Program-made: the position numbers and the translations under genes
Notes under the pieces: model-generated
What the model was told of the DNA's origin: nothing
Databases searched by the model: none
What the model saw: only the letters and a program-made list of their open reading frames with translations
Part shown: positions 62,722 to 64,000 of the stretch, in pieces
Numbering within the stretch: the first letter of the stretch is position 1
Layout: the number at the start of each line of letters is the position of its first letter
Origin: Mobula hypostoma
Taxonomy: Eukaryota
NCBI RefSeq assembly: GCF_963921235.1
Contig: NC_086108.1
Span: forward strand, 110,796,001-110,860,000
Direction: 5' to 3'
Length of the DNA stretch: 64,000 bases

Positions 62722-63930
62722 TTTTCATGTTTTATAACATTGAATTATAGCTAATGTAGCTTGGCTTTTTTGACACAAACAACAGGAAAAGACTTTCATC
62801 TCAAAGTGAAAACAGATCTCTACAAAGTGATCTAAACTAATTATGAATATAAAACACAAAATAATGGATTGCATTAGTATCCGCTCCCTTCAAGTCAGCA
62901 TTTAGTGGATGATCTTTTGGCAGCAATTACAGCCAAAGTTGTAGCTAGGTCTCTATCAGCTTTGCACATCAGGGCAATGTAATTTTTCCCCATTCTTCTT
63001 TACAAACCTGCTCAAGCTCTGTCAGATTGCATGGGGATCATGAGTGAACAGCTCTTTTCAAGTCCAGCCACAAATTCTCAATTGGATTGTTCTGGCTACT
63101 CCAGGACATTAACTTTGTTGTTTTTAAAGCTATTCCTGTGTAGCTTTGGTCATTGTCTTGCTGGAAAACAAATCATCTCCCAAGTCGCAGTTCTCTTGCA
63201 GACTGCATCAGATTTTCTTCCAGGATTCCTCTGTATTTTGCTACATTCATTTTACCCTCTACCTTCACAAGCCTTCCAGACCTGCCGCAGTGAAGCATCC
63301 CCACAGCATGATGCAGCCACTACCATGCTTCACAGCAGGGATGGTGCATTTTTGATGCAGTGCAGTGTTTGTCTTACGCTTTTAATCTATGGGCAGAAAG
63401 CTCAATTTTGGTTTCAACATACATAGAACATTCTTCCATCTGACTTCAAAGTCTCCCACATGCCTTCTGGTAAACTCTAGCTGAGTGTTTTTCAACAGTG
63501 GCTTTCTCTTTGCCACTCTCCCGTAAAGCTGAGCCTGGTGAAGCACTCGGGCAACAGTTGTTGTTAGCACAGTCTCTCCCATCTCAGCCACTGAAGCTTG
63601 TAAAGCTTCCCTCACTTGTCCCCTTCTTATACGGTCACTCAGTTGTTGAGAATGGCCTGCTCTAGGCAGATTTACAGCAGTGCCATATTCTTTCCATTTT
63701 CTGTTAATTGACTTAACTGTACTCCAAGGGCTATTCAATGACTTGCAAATTTTCTTGTATCCATCTCCTGACTTGTGCTTTTCAATTACTTTTTCATGGA
63801 GTTGCTTGGAGTATTCTTTTGTCTTCATGGTGTAGTTTTTGCTAGGATACTGCCCTCCAGATACTGGTGTATTTTTACTACAAGCAATTGAAACACTTTG
63901 ACTGCACACAGGTGATCTCCATTTAACTAA
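62722..63930 (-). mobile_element. Decayed Tc1-family DNA transposon
   Basis: ORF 63382..63909 MKTKEYSKQL..GDGYKKI..STVKSI.RKWK..GRVAKRKPLL; downstream remnant of the VKHGGG.IMLWGCF region. Confidence 0.9.
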
Positions 63931-64000
63931 ATATTGGTCTTTTTTTTTGTAATTTATTTTTTATTGTATTTCATCAACAAACAAAACTTTCCATAAGATG

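Overview
Eukaryotic, repeat-dominated genomic DNA. The repeat families (CR1, Rex1/Babar, RTE, Penelope-like, V-SINE, Tc1, hAT) suggest a cartilaginous fish, probably a ray; this is inference. One host gene is recognisable: the 5' part of SPATA1 on the + strand. It has a CpG- and CCAAT-rich promoter near 22.2-22.7 kb, a probable coding exon 1 at 22652-22705, a ~29.6-kb intron and a well-supported exon at 52321-52427 (VLELHVFYVP...SVGFVR). Nearly every long ORF is a transposable-element remnant. Highlights: (1) many Penelope-type ends carry a minimal hammerhead ribozyme motif, including a 96-bp near-perfect fold-back insert; (2) a decayed Sola2-like DNA transposon, split by five retro-insertions, ends next to the SPATA1 promoter; (3) the SPATA1 start-codon segment is duplicated; (4) several nested insertions have readable target-site duplications (TSDs). 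No prokaryotic-type systems, CRISPR arrays, rRNA or true tRNA genes were seen. Boundaries without a quoted TSD are approximate.
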